DNA from: Protoeuglena noctilucae
Taxonomy: Eukaryota
Reading direction: 5' to 3'
Assembly (NCBI GenBank): GCA_958009085.1
Contig: OY253671.1
Location: 744,001-808,000 of the forward strand
DNA length: 64,000 nucleotides
Shown: one piece after another, positions 59,001-64,000 of the stretch
Numbering within the stretch: the first letter of the stretch is position 1
Layout of the letters: the number at the start of each line of letters is the position of its first letter
The notes under the pieces: model-generated
Database searches by the model: none
Seen by the model: only the letters and a program-made list of their open reading frames with translations
What the model was told of the DNA's origin: nothing
Program-made: the position numbers and the translations under genes

Positions 59001-60630
59001 GCATGGGGTGGCGGGTGTGGGCCCGGGCAGGTCAGACAGGGCGCGGCGACGCCGCCAAGAGAGCGCCGTGGCGGAAGCTACCGGCCCTCGCGTCACTGCG
59101 TCGTATCACCTTGCCACGTGCGCGTGGGGCGGGCGGGTCAGGAAGCTCTCCTAAGCTCCGAGGAGGCCCGGCCTTGTCGGCGGCGGCCGCGACGCTTCGC
59201 AAAGACCGCTCCGGCGACGCCTTCGCGCCCCGCGCCGTGCCCGGACGCCTCCCTCGCTGCGGCTCGTCTCCCCGGGAAGTGCCCTTGCCTCCACGTGCGG
59301 AGGCGACCCCTGGGACGTCGGCGCGGGCGTCGCTCGCCGGCACAGCGACAAGAGGCGCGGCGCGAAGTCGAATTTGCACGCCGCTCACCTTCTCGGCCTT
59401 GCGTGCGCCTGTTGCGGTGGTGGGACGGGGGGCGTGTGCTCCGACTCCTGCCCTCTCGCTGCGGGGAGCGGCTGTCCCGGCGGCCGATGTCGCGGAAATC
59501 CTCTTGCGAACTGTCGAACGACCGAGACTCGACCGTCGCGGCTGGGCGCGCGGGTGCGGGCGGGGGACCGTGGGCGGAACTCCACTGCTGCCTCCCCTGG
59601 TTGCGTATGCTAGCCCGCTGGAACGACCCTCTCGCTGACAGCACACACAGCTGCATCCGGCAGCTGCCCTGCGCGAGGAGCGGGGACGCGGGGCCCGGTC
59701 GGCAGGCCACCTTTGGTAAACATCACGCAAACTCAGGACGCCCGGGGCCCCGCCCCGGCGGGCCCGCTTCAGCGAGCGGGGGCAGGACTGCCCTATGCGC
59801 GTTGAATGGAGGCGTTGGGGGGCGTAGCACAGGTCCGCTCCACCTTTGGCACGCTTTTGGGCCGACGTTCCCACTGGGTGAGCCAAACCGAGAGACAAGG
59901 ACCGCGTGACAACCCGAAATCGCGAGACCTCTCACCTTAGATCAGACTATGTTCCCGTGGTGCCCGGTCCTGGAAACCCCTGCGCAGGCGGGCACGGCAC
60001 AGCTTCGCACGGCCAGGCCACATGAGCCGCTCCAGTGCCCGGCAGCGCACATCAGGACCTCGGGCTTAGAGAAAATGCAGCTACGCGCAACGAGTCAGCT
60101 TGTGGGAGCGCGTTGCCAAGCGACGCGGAGCGGGGTTGGGCACAGGCACGGCCAAATCGCTGCCACGATGCCGGCTTCGTGTTGAAGCGCGACTTTCATC
60201 AGTATGCCTGCTTCATTGGCTCGGGGCCCCTCACATCTTGCTTTGCTCGACCCTCTTGAAGCCGGTCACCGCGCCTGTGACCTTTCCCGACCCAGTCCCG
60301 AACCCGCAGCTTTGTTTGCAGCAGCGTGCGAGGCGTCGTCGCGAAATGATCCACCCGGGATCGAGTTTCTGGCAGAGAAATTTGACCCGTGCTTCTCTTA
60401 TCCGTCCGTACACCCTGTGCCAATGCCGCTCTCTTGCGAGGAACCTGGGGCACGGGCCTGCCACACCCCACCCTGCTGGTGGTGCGAGATCTGTCGAGGT
60501 GTGCGCTGTCGGCAAGGACCTCTGGCTGGGCAGCACGGTAGCCGCTCCTGGCGAGGAGCAACAGCGACCGGTTTGAGCTTGCACGCAGAAGGAGGTTGCC
60601 GGCCACGTGGTGTTGTGCAGGAATCCAACC

Positions 60631-62740
60631 ATGGCGCTTTTTGAGCGCAAGTGAGCGAGCATGTCGCGCCGGCCCTGCGCGTCTGTCCACGCCTGAGCGG
60701 TCTGCAGCCTATCCATGGCCGCTTCCACGAATCGTGTCAGACGGCATGCTGAGCCCGCTGGCGCGGTTGTGTGCGCGTTGGCTCGTGGCGCCTCACGGTC
60801 GGTTAGGACCCCCGCGCAGGGCATCCGAGCGGGTGCTGGAGAACGTGCACACGTTCGCGAAGAAGGGGTTGATCACCAAAATCAAGGAGTACCAGCGCCG
60901 CCAGCAGCAGAACGGCGTGGCGTCGAGCCGCGCCCTGTCTGAGCTGGACCACGTCATGCAAGCGACTCCCCTCCACTTCGGTGCGCCCGCGCCGCCCGCT
61001 TGGCCCGCGCCTGCAAGCGGGCACGATCGCGTTCTCCAGGCGCGAAGTACGCCCCGCCCTCCCGCCCCCAGCCGCCGAGCACGGCCACGCCGATGTCGTG
61101 AGCCACCTCCTCGACGAGGGTGTCCCGGTGGAGCTGAAGGACCGCGCGGGGTGCGGGCCGCTCCACTACGCCGCGGGCAAGGGCTGGGCCACTGCGGTCA
61201 AGCTCCTGGTGGGCCACGGGGCGTCCACGCAGGCGCGCGACCTGAAGGGCGACACCCCCCTGCACTGGGCAGCGAGCAACCGCGGCCCGGGACCAAACTC
61301 CGAGTGGGACGGAGGGGACGACGACGAGCGGGAGCGGCCGGACCACACGGAGACCATCCGACTGCTCGTCAAGCTGGGGCAGGGCATCGACGCGGTCAAC
61401 GAGGAGGGGTGGACGCCCCTGCACCGGGCGGCGTACAACGGCCGCGTGGCCACCATCCAGACCCTGTGCGAGATGGGCGCGTCCGTCAACGCCGCGAACC
61501 AAGCGGGGGTGAGGCGGGGGCGTGTCGTGCTGGGCTTGGGAGGGCCGCGCGGCGGTCGGGAACGTGACATGTGCGCGGGTGTTCGCAGGATACGCCGCTG
61601 CATCTGGCGGCGCTGTCGGGGCAAATTGACGCGGTTGAGGCCTTGATCCGCTACGGCGCGCGGACGACCATGCTGAACTCCGCGGGCAAGACGCCCGCGG
61701 ACCTCACGGGCAACGAGGGCCTGCGGGAGCTCATTGAGGTGTGGACCCTGTGCACGAGCGTCCGCCCCATCCCTGCCTCCGTGGCGTAACTTCTGGCAGG
61801 CGTTTGCGCCATGAGAAATGAAGTCGTCCACTTCCTTTTCGGGACCCGCAGAGCACGGACGAGTTTCGACGGATGTCGGCGCTGCCCGTGCGGGGCCTGA
61901 TGAACAAGAACATGTCCGGCATGGACTCCATCGACCCGGCCACGGCCAAGGCCCTGCAGGAGAGCGCCCTGGTGAGCGAGACTCTGCAGGGCATGCTACG
62001 GTGCGCGTCGCGACGCAAGCCAGGACGCCTGCAACAGGGCAGGGGGCCTCGCCCGCAGGAGGAGCTGGCGAAGCAGAGCGCCAAGGCCGGGCCGTCCCGC
62101 CTGGGGGTGGCGTCGATGGGCCTGGGTCGCGTGCCGGGCCCAGAGGACAGCCCGACGGATGCGGACGCCGTGAGCTCGATGCTCCGGAAGCAGTTCTCGC
62201 GGCAGGCCTCCCTCCGCACGGCCGCGGACTCCCTCGCCGGGATGGACCTCATGGGCAGCGGGAGCGACGATGGGGACGAGAGCACGTCGGGGCGTGGCAG
62301 CCGCCGCACGAGCCTCCAGGGCACGGGCCCCGGAAGTGAGTCATCGCCGCCTGGCGAGGTCAAGGCACTGGGCGCTGGCTTGTGGAAGGGAGCGGTCTGT
62401 GCGTGCGCCTCTCATCCCTCGCCCACCGCACCCGCCCCCAGGCCGCAGTGGCCCCGGCCGCCGTCCCATGGTCTCGTCAAGCGGGTCACGTCCTGCAGCG
62501 ATATCCGAGGAGGCGGGGGACAGGCCCGGATCGAACGACCAGCCCGTGGACAGCGAGGCCCTCAGCGGCTGGGGTGCGGGCATGCAGGACTATCAAGACG
62601 CGAAGCGCGCCCAGAACCGGGAGGAGCGGGCCCGGGGCACCGCCCTCGGCAAGCAGCCCAGCGGGAGGACCCAGGTGGGGCCCAACCAGGCTTTCCTCAA
62701 GAAGTACGACCTGAACAACAAGGGCCTCTTCGCTTCGTGA
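60631..62740 (+). CDS. Ankyrin-repeat protein with disordered C-terminal tail
   Basis: Repeats ATPLHFAAEHGH, GPLHYAAGKG, DTPLHWAA, WTPLHRAAYNGR, DTPLHLAALSGQ. Start MALFERK at 60631; ends ..KKYDLNNKGLFAS*. Confidence 0.9.
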
Positions 62741-62817
62741 CGTGGCACGGTAGAGACAGAGCAGCCAAGGACCGTCCGCGCGTTGCACGTGCACGTATGG
62801 ACTCATTTGAAGACCGT

Positions 62818-63284
62818 CTAGCCGCGCCGCGCGCACGGGCAGTCGGCGCGGGGGCACCCAGCTGGGTCGCCCTGGTACGTCCCCCCGCACGCCTCGCACA
62901 GCCCGAGCTCCTTGCGCTGCTTCCTGGCCAAAAACTCGTCGACCCTGGAGGCAAGAATGAGAGGCGATGGGCACGGGTGGTCCCTGCTTGCAATCAGGGG
63001 CGGCCAGCCTGCCGGAGCGGCCCTCGCCTGGACGACTGCCACAGGAGGACGACGAGGAAGGCGAAAAACGCCAGCCCCTGCAGTTGGTCCGGCGTCCACT
63101 GATAGAACTCCATCTGGAACGCGTTGAGAGCGACACCTCGCCGGCGCGGTCCTTCGATTTCCGAGCAAACCCACCGGCGCCCCCTCCCGTGCTGCGCACG
63201 ACGTCCTGCGCGCATGCCGATGCATATCTTGCAAAAACGTCTTTGATGGATCAGGGGAGCGTGACGGCAAGCCGATATATCCAC
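62818..63284 (-). CDS. Small single-TM protein with Cys motif (CEACGG), DnaJ-zinc-finger-like; possibly plastid-targeted
   Basis: Two exons: ..LQGLAFFAFLVVLLWQSSR|VDEFLARKQRKELGLCEACGG..CPRADCPC*. Arg-rich N-terminus resembles a transit peptide. Confidence 0.6.
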
Positions 63285-63719
63285 CCTGCGCGGCGTTCAA
63301 AGGCGCGCGGCTAGTCACCGAGTGGCAAAAGGCTCGCGGCCCTCCCGCTGAACCCAGACCCACTCGCAGAGCTAGACCGACACATCTCTTGCTGGCATGC
63401 CCGCGAGACCAGCCCCGCAGGGACTGCGACGGCCATGCTGCCTGGGCCTGGCCTATCCACACAGTCGCGACAAGACCCAAACGAACTCGCGACACCGGCC
63501 TTCGTGACTGACTGACGCTAGAAGACAGGCCGCCAGGAGAGGTCCTGTGGGGCTCCAAGTGACTCCCAGCTGACGCTGCAGCACAGCTTCGCCAGTGCCG
63601 TCCAGTGGAGCGTTTCAAGAGGCCAGGAGCAACTGCCAGCCTAATCTCCTCGCGAATTACAGGCTGGACACGGGCCCTTGCTAACATTTCCTGCAAACGA
63701 CTGCCTCCCATCGCCCACC

Positions 63720-63886
63720 CCTCACTCTACAGGGGGCTGGTAGCCCTCCCTCGCCCTGGCCACCGCCCTCAGCTCGCCCAGCAGCACATCCTGGAAGTCG
63801 GGTGGGCACTTGTGGACGCTCAGGATCTTCTCCAAGATGGTCTGCAGCACCTGGCGGATGCCGGAGCCTTGAAGATACTCCAATGC
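63720..63886 (-). CDS. Exon of a gene entering from beyond the window; RIIa/Dpy-30 dimerisation-docking-like helix pair
   Basis: After a CCCGCAG acceptor: ALEYLQGSGIRQVLQTILEKILSVHKCPPDFQDVLLGELR. Confidence 0.4.
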
Positions 63887-64000
63887 CTGCGGGTGCGCAT
63901 GGACCGACGGGGTTGGAATGCGCTGGTCGGCCTGGGGTGCCCACGGCGTGGGCTCTGTCGTAGGCCGGGGGGTTGCATGACGTCGGTGGGGCAGGGGTGG

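Noticed and set aside
1..64000. Prokaryotic operons, CRISPR arrays or phage defence islands
   Set aside because: The sequence is clearly eukaryotic (spliceosomal introns, GCN5, MYB, B9D1) and has no repeat-spacer arrays.

Overview
Eukaryotic nuclear DNA: GC-rich, gene-dense, with many short (~80-150 nt) spliceosomal introns. The gene content (MLDP, RGP/UAM, PPR, MOT2, R2R3-MYB, B9D1) points to a flagellated green alga; this is inference. About 25 protein-coding genes were reconstructed by manual splicing, so most raw ORF-track entries are exon fragments or antisense shadows. Recognisable genes are GCN5, HPRT, MOT2/MFSD5, RGP/UAM, a CAP59/GT69 glycosyltransferase, a YtqB/MnmM-like methylase, MLDP, B9D1, an RBX1-like protein, a PPR protein, an MFS transporter, a CD36-family protein, an R2R3-MYB, a PP2C and an ankyrin protein. 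Four things stand out. (1) A ~1,950-aa NLR-like STAND protein: MGCGAS acylation motif, MLKL/MCA-like helical bundle, NACHT, WD40. (2) Head-to-head with it, a complete 163-aa gene encoding only the stalk tip/microtubule-binding domain of a dynein heavy chain. (3) An MLDP apparently fused to a NAC-alpha-type UBA domain. (4) An unusually high share of GC-AG introns, about 13-14 in the window. No RNA genes, CRISPR arrays or clear transposons were recognised. There is one 200-nt assembly gap. All family calls come from motif recognition by eye; no searches were run.
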